Of a DNA stretch of 64,000 nucleotides, positions 20,613 through 31,176 are shown one piece after another. The notes under the pieces are model-generated. The model worked only from the letters and a program-made list of their open reading frames with translations. It had not been told where the DNA came from and searched no databases. Source of the DNA: an uncultured Clostridium sp. Its GTDB lineage: Bacteria > Bacillota > Clostridia > TANB77 > CAG-508. Made by a program: the position numbers and the translations under genes. The first letter of the stretch is position 1, and every line of letters begins with the position of its first letter. Location of the stretch: positions 1,722-65,721 of the forward strand of contig USFW01000006.1 of the NCBI GenBank assembly GCA_900553985.1. Direction: 5' to 3'.

Positions 20613-20809
20613 TTTTACACCTCCTATTTTTATTTATCCTTTAACTGAGCTTAAGATTTGGTGCTTGTCTTGAAGCTAAGTAAAAGGTATGTTTTTCAAC
20701 ATTTTTATTTTACTATATTTTTTATAAAAATTCAAGTAGTAATAGTAAAAAAGTAAAATTTATATGTGTTCATTGCATCTTCTTCTGTTACATTTTTTCC
20801 TCCATAATA

Positions 20810-20852
20810 AAAATACCTTTTATGATATATTTTATATTATAAAAGGTATTTT
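20810..20852 (-). terminator. hairpin terminator downstream of the large pilin-like gene
   Basis: Perfect 12-bp stem aaaatacctttt / aaaaggtatttt, 31 nt after the stop at 20884. Confidence 0.55.
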
Positions 20853-20883
20853 CTAGTTCATATAAAATTTCTTACATTTCCTA

Positions 20884-23800
20884 TTAGAATGATAAAGTCA
20901 ATCGAAATGTTGTAGCACTGTAAGCACCACCATCATCGCAACCATAAGTAAAATTGCTATCTTTAAAATAACTAATTGTACTATACGAACCTCCACGCAT
21001 AAAAAATGGCTGATAAGTATAAGGAAATACCCCTCCTCCTTTAAACCATGTTGCAGGCATGAATGTCGCAGACTGACCGTCGATCGTCAGATGTTTCATA
21101 TATTCCATCTCCTTTATTATTTTTTTCTGCTAATTCATAATCGTCTCCATTCGCTGAAGTATATACTGTTTTATATTTTGTACTTATTGATTGTTCTTTA
21201 CTTGTTTCTCCATATAAATCTCCATTTGTGTTTCCACCATATTTTTTTAAGTTAGCATCTCCATTATCTAAATATGCAGCAGTTCTTTCCCATGCTCCCC
21301 CATTTAAATCATATACTCCATTTGCATTATATGTGGTTGACTGCATTTTATTTATTGTATATATTTCTTCTAATACATCTGTGCCTCCTGTATATAATAA
21401 TGTATTTTTATTTTGTTCTACTTTTTGCTTATTTGTTCCATATTTGCTATGTGACAAATATAATATTGATCCCCACTCACTATTTTTACTCATATGGCTA
21501 TTTAAACTTATATCTTCGCTATATGTTGCTTGTTTTCCTGCTTTATATTGATTATTTATTGTCATTTGTTCTAAGGCTTTTTTTCCCGGCTTTACACTTA
21601 TTCTACTTGCATCACCATCAGTATATTCTCCTGTTGTCTCAAATTTTCCTACCCATATTCCTGGAATCTCTCCAAATCCTCCTCCATATTCTGCATTACT
21701 AGTAAATGCTGGATGTACTAACCATTTTGTTTGTCCTGCTCCCTGTTCTTCAGGATTCATTGTTATTTCACCTGTTTCACCATTTAAAAAATGATTTGTT
21801 GTATCTAAAAATGCTATCTCAATTGTTCCTGCTTGATTTGTATGGTATCCTTCTGTTATTTTATATGCATATCTTGGTATCCACACCCACATACTCCCAT
21901 CATTTGTCATTGCATTTGCCCATTTACTTCCTCCTTGAGTATCTGCTTCAGGTCCTACATATTTTATTGGTTTCATATTCCCTTTTAATGCTGGAGCATT
22001 TACATTTGCTTTTCTGTCTCCATTTGATACATCATTATAGCTATACCACTCTGAATCACTTGTAGTTGTTTCTTCCCATAAAAATTCTTCCACTTTTACT
22101 GATATTGTATTTATATTTCCTGCTTTGTCTGTAACATTAAAATCAAATATTCCATTCTTTGTTACTTTATATGTTGTATCATTTTCTTTTGTTATAAAAT
22201 CATTTGTCTTATTCGTTATACTTACTACTCCTGATTCATTATCTATAGCACTTATATTTATTGTTGCTTCTTTTGCACTTTGTGATTCCATACTTACAAT
22301 TCCACTTCCTGTAGGTAATATCTTATCTATATTACCTACATTTCCTGTGGCTGTTGGTCCATAATTTGTGCCATCTGTTAACCTTGCATATATCGGTCCA
22401 TTTTCTGTCATTTCTACTTTTGCTTGACTGTTATAATTATTCCATATCTTTCCATCTTTACTATATTGTAATTGATATTTTTCTGTTGATGCTGTTATTG
22501 TTACTGTTACATTTCCATTTGTCCATTCACTCGGAGAATAACTAAAATATATATTGCTATTTCCTCCTGGTATTTCCTCAGTTGAACCTATTATTCCCAC
22601 TGATACTATTTCATTCCCTGCATTATCTATTGCTTTTACTTTTATATCATAACTTACTTGTGGACTTAACCTTCCAAATGTATATACATTACTTGTTTGT
22701 TCTTCTGTCCAACTATTTCCTCCATCTTTACTAAATCTATATCCTCTTATTCCACTTTTTCCATCTATTCCTGTTGCTTCTTGATCTGTTGCACTTGCTG
22801 TTACTTTTATTCTATCTACTCCTTCTACTAATGTTGGGACTGATATATTGGGTTTTAATCTGTCTATATTTGTTATTCTCGTACTTATACTTCCTGTTGC
22901 TTGGTTAGTATCTTGATTATATAACCTTGCATATATTGTTTCATTATTATTTTCTACTATTATATCTCCTGTATACATTTGCCAACTTCTATCATCTTTT
23001 GAGTATTGGATTTTGTAATCTGTTGCTGTATTGGTCATTTTTACTGTCACTGTTCTATTTGTCCAATTCGTTGGTGTTTTTGTTATTTGTATTTTTTCTT
23101 GTGGATTTGGTAATTCATTTGTTGTTTCACTTATAACTGCGGTTTCTCTTTCATTTCCTGCATTGTCTATTGCTTTTACTTTTAATTGATAGCTTGTTCC
23201 TGCATTTAATCCTGTAAATATATATGTTCCACTTGTTTGCTCTTCTGTCCAGTTGCTTCCTCCATCTTTACTAAATCTATATCCTCTTATTCCACTACTT
23301 CCATCTGTTTCTGTTCTTTCTGCATCTGTTGTATTTCCTTCTACTACTATTGAGTTTGTTGTTTTTCCTTGGATATTTACTGCAAATTCTTTTGGTTGTA
23401 ATCTATCTATATTATCTACTACATATGTTGTGTTCTTTCCTGCTTTTCCTCCTTTTGTTAATCTTGCATATATTACCTTATTTTCGCTTACTTCTATTGG
23501 ACCACTATAACTTGTATATTTACTTCCATCTAATGAATACTCTATTCCATATCCTTGTTCTCTTGTACTTATTTCTACTCTTACTGGTCCTTTCGTCCAT
23601 CCATTTGGCTCTTTTGCAAAACTTATTCTTCCTTCTCCGTCTGGTACTATTATTTCTTCCTCTGTTGTTGCATTTGTTGTATTTGTTTCTACTTCATTTC
23701 CTGCATTATCTACTGCTTTTACTTTTATTGGATATGTTGTTCCTGATTGTAAGTTTTCATACGTATATCTTCCTTCTGTTATTAATCCTGTCCAATTACT

Positions 23801-24601
23801 TCCATTATCTTTACTAAATTTATATCCTTTTATTCCACTTTTTCCATCTTTTGCTGTTGCTTCTTTATCTATTGTACTTGCTGTTATTTCTAATCTATTC
23901 TTTATTACTTTTATTGTTGGTGCAAATGTGTTTGGTGCTAATCTATCTATATTTTCTATTTTTTTCTTTACTACTTCTGTCTTTTCGTTCTTTTCATTTA
24001 CTCCTCTTGCTTGGATTTCTGTTCCATTATCCTGTACTTCTATCTCATTTTCATATTTATTCCAGCTTTTTCCTCCGTCTATACTATATTCCTTACTTAC
24101 CCTTGTTACATTACTTGTTATCTTTACCTTTACTTTATCCCTTGTCCAATTTTCTGGTGTACTTGTTATTGTTATTTTTACCTTGCTTATATCTACTTCT
24201 GTATTTCCTTCTCCATCTTCATTTCCTACATATGTTGTATCTTCTATTGTTACCTCAAATCTATATCCTTCTTTTGTTACTACTATTACTACCTTATTTT
24301 CATGATCTGCTGTTACTTCTTTTGCTTCTCTAAACATTTTGTCTTCTTGTACTGCTTTTGCATATTTATCTAAGAAATCATCTAAGTTTATAGTATAATC
24401 ATCTGCATATTCTCCATGTTTTATTACTTCTAATTGTTCTTTATATGTTGCTATTTCTGTTTCTATTCTTGCTTCATCACTTTTATTTATTATTCCATTA
24501 TCTCCTGTTATTGCTGCTATTGATATTCCTGCTAATATTAATAATACTATTATTGTTACTACCAATGCTATTATTGTTATCCCACGATTGTTTTCTCTCA
24601 T
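20884..24601 (-). CDS. large modular surface protein: pilin-like N-terminal anchor, repeated Ig/FN3-like modules, FGE/SUMF1-like C-terminal domain; frame broken (+1) at in-frame CGG 21077-21079
   Basis: ATG at 24601 lies behind GGAGG. N-terminus RGITIIALVVTIIVLLILAGISIAAITGDNGII. Three to four repeats of an approx 190-aa unit (..NIDRL.P..F.....; SGI(K/R)GY(K/R)FSKDGG..WT...Y.F..L..G..Y.IKVKAIDNAGNE). The 74-aa ORF 20884-21108 is the +1 continuation (GQSATFMPATWFKGGG...FFMRGGSY...FRLTLSF) and completes the C-terminal domain. Confidence 0.8.
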
Positions 24602-24914
24602 TTTTCCTCCACTATTATTCACTATATTTAATGTTAATTTTTATAATCTTGAATCTTTTATTAACTTACAGTTATTTTTACTCATTGTTGTATCAACTAT
24701 ACATAATACTTTCATTTTTTAAGCTTCATCCTGTAATTTTTATTTTATATTATATCATTTTTATTATATTTTCAATAAAAAGTAAAAAATGTATAACTTT
24801 TGTAATCTTCCTGAAATATTTTTGTAATTTTACAGTTTCATCCTGCAAGTTCTTTTATTTTTTTATTGTAAAATATACTTTAAATATTCTTAACTTTTAT
24901 TGGAGGTTTCTTTT

Positions 24915-25087
24915 ATGAAAGTAAAAACTTTGAATGGAAATTTAAATATTATTGGTAAAAACTTTAAAAAATATAGAAAGTAAAAAAAATGTCTCAACCA
25001 GAAATTTGTAGAAAATTAGATTTAATTGGCGTAAATATGTATATATGTGATATTTTAACTTTTGTTCACATTAAAAAAATAGTATAA
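24915..25087 (+). pseudogene. remnant of an XRE-family HTH gene, frameshifted in a short A-run
   Basis: RBS TGGAGG + ATG 24915, reading IGKNFKKYRK then a stop. The frame continues as KVKKMSQPEICRKLDLIGVNMY..., truncated relative to HTH_3 domains. Confidence 0.4.
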
Positions 25088-25094
25088 TTAAAAA

Positions 25095-25517
25095 TTATAC
25101 TATTGCAAATGTTAATTCTCCTTTTACTGCAACCTTTCCTTCAACAGTTGCTATTGCTTCTCCTATACCAATTGGTCCTTTTCTTTTTATTATTTTAACT
25201 TCTAATTTTAATCTATCACCTGGTATTACTTGCTTTTTAAATCTAAGTTTATCTATTCCTCCAAATAATGCATTTTTCCCTTTATTTTCTTCCATTGATA
25301 AAATTGCTACTGCTCCTGTTTGAGCCAATGCTTCTACTATTAATACTCCTGGCATTATTGGATTTCCTGGAAAGTGTCCTTTGAAATAATATTCATCTTT
25401 ACTTACATTTTTATAAGCTATACAACTTTCTCCTGGAAAATATTCTTCAACTTCATCAATCATTAAGAAAGGCTCTCTTTGTGGAATTATATTTTTTATT
25501 TCTTCTTTGTTTAACAT
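25095..25517 (-). CDS. fabZ: 3-hydroxyacyl-ACP dehydratase
   Basis: 140-aa ORF: [32 protein letters not shown]. Confidence 0.95.
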   Translation of the reverse strand: MLNKEEIKNIIPQREPFLMIDEVEEYFPGESCIAYKNVSKDEYYFKGHFPGNPIMPGVLIVEALAQTGAVAILSMEENKGKNALFGGIDKLRFKKQVIPGDRLKLEVKIIKRKGPIGIGEAIATVEGKVAVKGELTFAIV

Positions 25518-25688
25518 TTTTTCCTCTCTTTCTGTTTAGTCAAATTTATATAAAATTGTTTGTTATATTTAATTTTACTTTATTCTGTATTTTCTATTTT
25601 TCTACTTTATATTTTTACTGTTTATTTCTAGTATTTTTCATCTTTAAATATACTTTCGATATATATTGTATTTATTTCCTCTAACCTT

Positions 25689-26162
25689 CTACTTTATCTT
25701 AATTAATTCTGCTCCATATTCTACAATATCTTCATTTTTCATGCAAATCTCAACTACTTCTCCGTCATACTCTGATTCTATTTCATTCATTAATTTCATT
25801 GCTTCTACTATACATACGACTTGCCCTCTATGTACTTTATCTCCCACTTTTATAAAAGGCTCTTTGTCTGGTGCTGAACTTGCATAAAAAGTTCCAACCA
25901 TTGGTGATTTTATAATTTTATAATTTTCTTCTTTTTTTGCTTTTTCTTCAGCTTTTACTATTCTAGTTTCTTCATTTGGTTTTATTGTAGGTACTGTCAT
26001 TGGCGCACTTGCTTCTATTACATAAGGTTCTATTTTGGGTTGTTTGTTTTTTTCCCCTTTTTTCATCTTAATTTTAATTCCTTCTGGAAATTCTATTTCT
26101 AATGAATCTAATTTTGATTCTCCCATATCATCTATTAATTTTTTTATTTCTTTATATTCCAT
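25689..26162 (-). CDS. accB: acetyl-CoA carboxylase biotin carboxyl carrier protein
   Basis: C-terminal biotinyl domain with the VEAMKLMNEI motif. Start placed at the ATG behind GAGGAAAG; the tracked ORF starts at an upstream TTG. Confidence 0.92.
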   Translation of the reverse strand: MEYKEIKKLIDDMGESKLDSLEIEFPEGIKIKMKKGEKNKQPKIEPYVIEASAPMTVPTIKPNEETRIVKAEEKAKKEENYKIIKSPMVGTFYASSAPDKEPFIKVGDKVHRGQVVCIVEAMKLMNEIESEYDGEVVEICMKNEDIVEYGAELIKIK

Positions 26163-26317
26163 TTTTCTTTCCTCATACAATATAATTATAAATTTATAAT
26201 AAATAAATTTATAATTATATTCTTTCTTTTTGTTTTTTAAAATTATTTAATATCTTGATATTAATACTTTGTTATTACAAGTATTTTATAATCATGTTTG
26301 TAATAACATACTAATTA

Positions 26318-27559
26318 TTAATCTTCATATTTCTTTAATAAAATACTACTATTATGCCCACCAAATCCTAATGAATTTGATATTGCATATTTTATTTCTA
26401 GTTTTCTTCCTTGATTTGGAACTATATCTAAATCACATTCTTCATCAGGTACTTTGTAATTAATTGTTGCAGGAACAAATCCCTCTTTTATTGCTCTTGC
26501 ACATACAATTGCTTCTACTCCACCTGCTGCTCCTAATAGGTGTCCTGTATGTCCTTTTGTAGAACTTACCATCACTTTTTTAGCATATTCTTCTCCTAAT
26601 GCAGTTTTTATTGCTTGTGTTTCAAATGTATCATTTAGATGTGTTGATGTGCCATGTGCATTTATATATGTTATTTCTTCTGGTTTAGTTTTTGCTTCTT
26701 TCATAGCAATTTTTATAGCTCTTGCACCACCTTCTCCTCCTGGCGCTGGTGATGTTATATGATATGCATCTGAAGTCGCTCCATATCCTACTATTTCTGC
26801 ATAAATTTTTGCCCCTCTTTTTTTAGCATGTTCTAATTCTTCTAAAATAATTATTCCAGCACCTTCTCCCATTACAAATCCACTTCTTTCTTTGTCAAAT
26901 GGGATACTTGCTCTTGTTTTGTCTTCTGATTTTGTTAATGCTTTTATATTTGTAAATCCTGCTATGCTTAGAGGTGTTATTCCTGCTTCTGTTCCTCCTG
27001 CTAACACTACATCTTGGTATCCATGTTTTATCATTCTAAAACTTTCACCTATACAATGAGTTCCAGATGCACATGCTGTTACCATCGCCATAGATTCACC
27101 TTTTGCTCCTATGTCTATTGCTACATTTCCTGTTGCCATATTTAATATTCCCATAGGTATATACATTGGAGATACTCTATCAGGTCCTTTTTGCATACAT
27201 TTTTCATGTTCGTTTTCTATTGTTTCAATTCCACCTATTCCTGAACCAACTATTACTCCAACTCTTTCCATATCTTCTTTTTCTTTATCTAATCCACTAT
27301 CTTTCCATGCTTCTCTTGCTGCTACCATAGCATATTGTGAAAATTTGTCTAATCTTTTTGCTTCTCTTTTGTCAAAATATTTTTCTGCATCATATCCTTT
27401 TAATTCTGCTGCTAATTTTACTTTGAAATTTTCTGTATCAAAATATGTTATATTATCTATCCCACAATTTCCTTCTTTTATGCCTTTCCAAAATTCTTCT
27501 ACATTATTTCCAATTGGAGTTAAAGCTCCTAATCCTGTTATAACAACTCTTCTTTCCAT
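26318..27559 (-). CDS. fabF: beta-ketoacyl-ACP synthase II
   Basis: 413-aa ORF. Active-site context VTACASG, and the HGTSTxxND and GHLLGAAG motifs. Confidence 0.95.
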   Translation of the reverse strand: MERRVVITGLGALTPIGNNVEEFWKGIKEGNCGIDNITYFDTENFKVKLAAELKGYDAEKYFDKREAKRLDKFSQYAMVAAREAWKDSGLDKEKEDMERVGVIVGSGIGGIETIENEHEKCMQKGPDRVSPMYIPMGILNMATGNVAIDIGAKGESMAMVTACASGTHCIGESFRMIKHGYQDVVLAGGTEAGITPLSIAGFTNIKALTKSEDKTRASIPFDKERSGFVMGEGAGIIILEELEHAKKRGAKIYAEIVGYGATSDAYHITSPAPGGEGGARAIKIAMKEAKTKPEEITYINAHGTSTHLNDTFETQAIKTALGEEYAKKVMVSSTKGHTGHLLGAAGGVEAIVCARAIKEGFVPATINYKVPDEECDLDIVPNQGRKLEIKYAISNSLGFGGHNSSILLKKYED

Positions 27560-27595
27560 TGTTTTCTTTTTCCTTTCCTTTTCTTAATATTCGAA

Positions 27596-28339
27596 TTAAC
27601 ACATTGTCATTCCGCCATCTACACTTATTACTTGACCTGTTATATATGAACTTTCTTCTGTACCTAAAAAATAAACTAAATTTGCAACTTCTTTTGCTTT
27701 TCCCATTCTTTTTAATGGTATTTGATTATATATGTTTTCTTTTAAATTATCTCCTAATACTGCTGTCATATCTGTTTCTATAAAACCTGGTGCAACTGCA
27801 TTTGCTCTTATATTTCTTGATGCTAATTCTTTTGCTATACTTTTTGTAAATCCTATTATTCCTGCTTTTGATGCTGAATAGTTACATTGACCTGCATTTC
27901 CTACCACTCCGACAACAGAAGATAGATTTATTATGCTTCCTTGTCTTTTTTTCATCATATATTTAGATACTATTTTTGTTACTATATATGTTCCTTTTAA
28001 ATTTACATCTATTACCTTACTAAATTCTTCTTCACTCATTCTCATTAATAAATTATCTTTTGTTATTCCTGCATTATTTACTAATACATCTATACTTTCA
28101 AATTCTTCTACTGCTTTTTTTACTAAATTTTCTATCTCTTCTGAATTTGTTACATCTGCTTTAAGTATTAGTGATTTTACCCCTTTTTCTTCAAATTCTT
28201 TTTTTAATCCTTCCACATCTGTTTTCTCTGAAACATAATTTGTTACTATATTATAGCCATTTTCTGCAAATTTTAAGGCAACTTCTTTTCCTATTCCTCT
28301 TGAACCACCTGTTATAAATATTGTTTTATTTTCTTTCAT
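27596..28339 (-). CDS. fabG: 3-oxoacyl-ACP reductase
   Basis: 247-aa SDR: TGGSRGIG, NNAGI, YSASKAG. Position in the fab cluster. Confidence 0.93.
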   Translation of the reverse strand: MKENKTIFITGGSRGIGKEVALKFAENGYNIVTNYVSEKTDVEGLKKEFEEKGVKSLILKADVTNSEEIENLVKKAVEEFESIDVLVNNAGITKDNLLMRMSEEEFSKVIDVNLKGTYIVTKIVSKYMMKKRQGSIINLSSVVGVVGNAGQCNYSASKAGIIGFTKSIAKELASRNIRANAVAPGFIETDMTAVLGDNLKENIYNQIPLKRMGKAKEVANLVYFLGTEESSYITGQVISVDGGMTMC

Positions 28340-28485
28340 AAAATTTTTTCTCCTTTTTATCTATATCTAATTGGATTTTTTATTAAAAATATATTTATCT
28401 TATATATCACCTATTTTATATAATTAATAGTGATATTTTTATATATTCATGATTTTAAGTATCTAAATTTAATACTTTCTTCAAA

Positions 28486-29424
28486 TTATATTGACTTTTC
28501 ATATTCAAAATATTTTTCTAAATCTGCTACTGTGCTAATATTAAATGTCTTTGCAACTTTATTATCTTTTTTTACAAATGTAGTTAGTGTCTTTCCTGGA
28601 CCTATTTCTACATATTCTCCTATATCTTCCTTATTCATTAGCTCAATTGCTTTATCAAATCTTACTGGACTTATTATATGATTTGCTAATATTTTGCATA
28701 TATTATCATTTTCATTATAAAAAGTCCCATCAATATTCTTTATAACTTTTACTTTACCTTTATTAAATTTTACCTTTTCTAATTCTTTTTTATATTCTTG
28801 TTTTGCTTTTTCCAATTTTATTGTATGGAATGGTCCACTTGTTTTTAGTTTTACTACTCTCTTTGCACCTATTTCTCCTAATTTTTCCATTGCTTCATCT
28901 ATTGCTGAGCTTTCTCCTGATATTACTGTTTGTACACTACAATTATAATTTGCTGGTACTATAAATTTCCCATTTTCCCTGATTTCCTTGCACACTTCTT
29001 CTATTTTCTTTGAGTCTAATCCTATTACTGCTGCCATTGAATATTCTTCTTTAGGTTGCAAATTTGCCATATAATATCCTCTTTGTTTTATTAGTTTTAT
29101 GCCATCTTCAAAACTTATAATTCCTGAATATATTAATGCCCCATATTCTCCTAAGCTTAACCCTGTTGATATTTCTGCATTTACATTTTGAGATTTTAAT
29201 ACTTCTAAAATTGCTAAACTTGTTGTTAATATTGCTATTTGAGTATTTTCTGTTTTATTTAATTCTTCATCAGGTCCTTCAAAACATATCTTTTTTACAT
29301 CTATTCCTGATATTCTTGATGCCTCATCATATATCTTTCTTGCTACTTCATATTTTTCATATATATCTTTTCCCATTCCTACTATTTGAGCTCCTTGCCC
29401 TGGAAATAAAAATGCTCTTTTCAT
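28486..29424 (-). CDS. fabD: malonyl CoA-ACP transacylase
   Basis: 312-aa ORF: FLFPGQGAQ, GLSLGEY active-site Ser context. Confidence 0.93.
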   Translation of the reverse strand: MKRAFLFPGQGAQIVGMGKDIYEKYEVARKIYDEASRISGIDVKKICFEGPDEELNKTENTQIAILTTSLAILEVLKSQNVNAEISTGLSLGEYGALIYSGIISFEDGIKLIKQRGYYMANLQPKEEYSMAAVIGLDSKKIEEVCKEIRENGKFIVPANYNCSVQTVISGESSAIDEAMEKLGEIGAKRVVKLKTSGPFHTIKLEKAKQEYKKELEKVKFNKGKVKVIKNIDGTFYNENDNICKILANHIISPVRFDKAIELMNKEDIGEYVEIGPGKTLTTFVKKDNKVAKTFNISTVADLEKYFEYEKSI

Positions 29425-29577
29425 TTTCTTTTTTTCCTTTCATTTTTATATTTTATGTCTAATATATTTTAATAAATTTTACTATTTTATTATCTTTGAA
29501 TTAAAATTCTAATTATTTTCTTGCAGTTTAATATAATTTATATAAGCTTACTTATAGACATTTCGTTATTTATCTTT

Positions 29578-30507
29578 CTATATTTCAATTAAAATACTTC
29601 CTGTATTTAGTCCGCCTCCATAACCTAATAAAATTATTTTGTCACCTTTTTTCAGTAAATTATTTCCCATCATATCATCTATTGCAATTGGAATACTTGC
29701 GCAAAAAGTATTTCCTTTGTTTTGAATATTTATATACATTTTGTTTATATCAATATTTAATCTATTTGCTATTGAATTCATTATTTTTATATTTGATTGA
29801 TGTGGTATTATATATTTTATATTTTCTATTGTTTCATTAGATTTTTCTAACAATTCATTTATATTTTCTATTGTTTTAGTTACTGCATATTTATATATTT
29901 CTTTTCCATTCATATATAATTTATCATCTGTTTTTGAAGTTAGAATTTTCTTTTCATCGATTTCTGAAGTTATATTTGATTCATATTTCTTATTCTCATT
30001 TAGACTTTTACCAATTAAAATTACACCTGCTCCGTCTGATAAAACTACTCTAGTTGCTACATCTTCTTCTTTTAGATTTTTTGATAAAACATCTACTCCA
30101 ATTACTAATGCTTTTTTTATAGAATCATCTTGTAAATACAACCTTGCAATATCTAATGCATTTATATATCCACTACAACCAGCTAAAATATCTAAACATA
30201 TGCATCTTTCTATTTCTAATTTTTTTTGAATATAGTTTGATATTCCCGGCATTAATAAATTTGTTGATGTTGTTGCTGTTATTATAAGTCCTATATCTTC
30301 TTTTTTTATGTCTTTTGTAAAAATTTTCTTAGTTGCTTTATATGCAATATCTTCTATTTTTTCTTGACTTGCATAATATCTATTTTCTATTCCTGTTCTT
30401 TTTTGAATATATCCTTCTTCTAAGTTTAATTTTTTTTCTAATTGTGAGTTTGTAATTTTTTCTTTTGGTAGATATATTCCAGTTTGAATTATTTCTATAC
30501 TATTCAA
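29578..30507 (-). CDS. fabH: beta-ketoacyl-ACP synthase III
   Basis: 309-aa ORF, TTG start behind AAGGAG. AGCSGY active-site Cys, PHQSN and GNTFCASIP motifs. Confidence 0.9.
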   Translation of the reverse strand: MNSIEIIQTGIYLPKEKITNSQLEKKLNLEEGYIQKRTGIENRYYASQEKIEDIAYKATKKIFTKDIKKEDIGLIITATTSTNLLMPGISNYIQKKLEIERCICLDILAGCSGYINALDIARLYLQDDSIKKALVIGVDVLSKNLKEEDVATRVVLSDGAGVILIGKSLNENKKYESNITSEIDEKKILTSKTDDKLYMNGKEIYKYAVTKTIENINELLEKSNETIENIKYIIPHQSNIKIMNSIANRLNIDINKMYINIQNKGNTFCASIPIAIDDMMGNNLLKKGDKIILLGYGGGLNTGSILIEI

Positions 30508-30775
30508 GCTTTTTCTCCTTACATTAAATTCGTTTATCTTAAATCTCCAACTATAAATTTAGGATAATTATACTAATTTATTTACTATAATAACTAATTT
30601 GATATTTTTAATAATTTTTATTATTGTATTTATACATTATTTTTTTATTTTTTTCTATTGGTCTAAATGGTCAATTCAAATAATTTTATATTCATATTTC
30701 TATGACATAAAATGTCAATACAATTTAAAATTTTTTTATGCAATAATTAAACCAAGTTATATTTAAGGTGATTTT

Positions 30776-30982
30776 ATGATTAAAGAAAAAAGAAAGGAAA
30801 AAAACTATACTCAAGAAAAAATGTCTGAAATACTTGGTATTAGCCTTAGACAATATGTGCGAATAGATAATGAAGAAGATTTGCCTAGGCGTGATGTATT
30901 GCGTAATTTAATTATAGAATTGGAATTAAATGATACTGAATTAGGGGAATACATAAGAACAATGGCTAATAAAATTGCATAA
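30776..30982 (+). CDS. small XRE-family helix-turn-helix protein
   Basis: 68-aa ORF behind the RBS AAGGTGAT. HTH_3-like KEKNYTQEKMSEILGISLRQYVRIDN. Confidence 0.75.
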   Translation: MIKEKRKEKNYTQEKMSEILGISLRQYVRIDNEEDLPRRDVLRNLIIELELNDTELGEYIRTMANKIA

Positions 30983-31031
30983 ATAAGAAAAGTAGCGAAG
31001 CTACACTAGAAAGGCTATCGTGGGTCTTTTT

Positions 31032-31152
31032 AAAGGTAACTTTTATTTGTTGTATACGAAAAAATCTTATATATGGTCAAGATAAAAGTTGATTTTTCCT
31101 ATACAATAAAAAATATCGAAAATTCACTTGTAAAATTTTCGATATTTTTTTA
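31032..31152 (+). ncRNA. candidate structured element / small RNA (repeat family B, copy 2) ending in a bidirectional terminator
   Basis: 31032-31113 matches 13764-13846, with differences concentrated in the inner hairpin loop. Followed by atatcgaaaatt...aattttcgatat + T-run. Lies in the 3' region of the HTH gene, convergent with the GLUG-repeat gene. Confidence 0.3.
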
Positions 31153-31176
31153 TAAAAATTTATACTCTATTTCATT

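Noticed and set aside
20613-20700. S15-binding autoregulatory leader upstream of rpsO
   Set aside because: Only a modest bulged hairpin (gcttcaaga / tcttaagc) is visible. That is not enough to call a specific leader family without a covariance-model search.
20884-21108. 74-aa ORF as an independent gene
   Set aside because: It has no RBS, overlaps the large ORF by 68 nt, and its sequence completes the C-terminal domain of that protein in the +1 frame.
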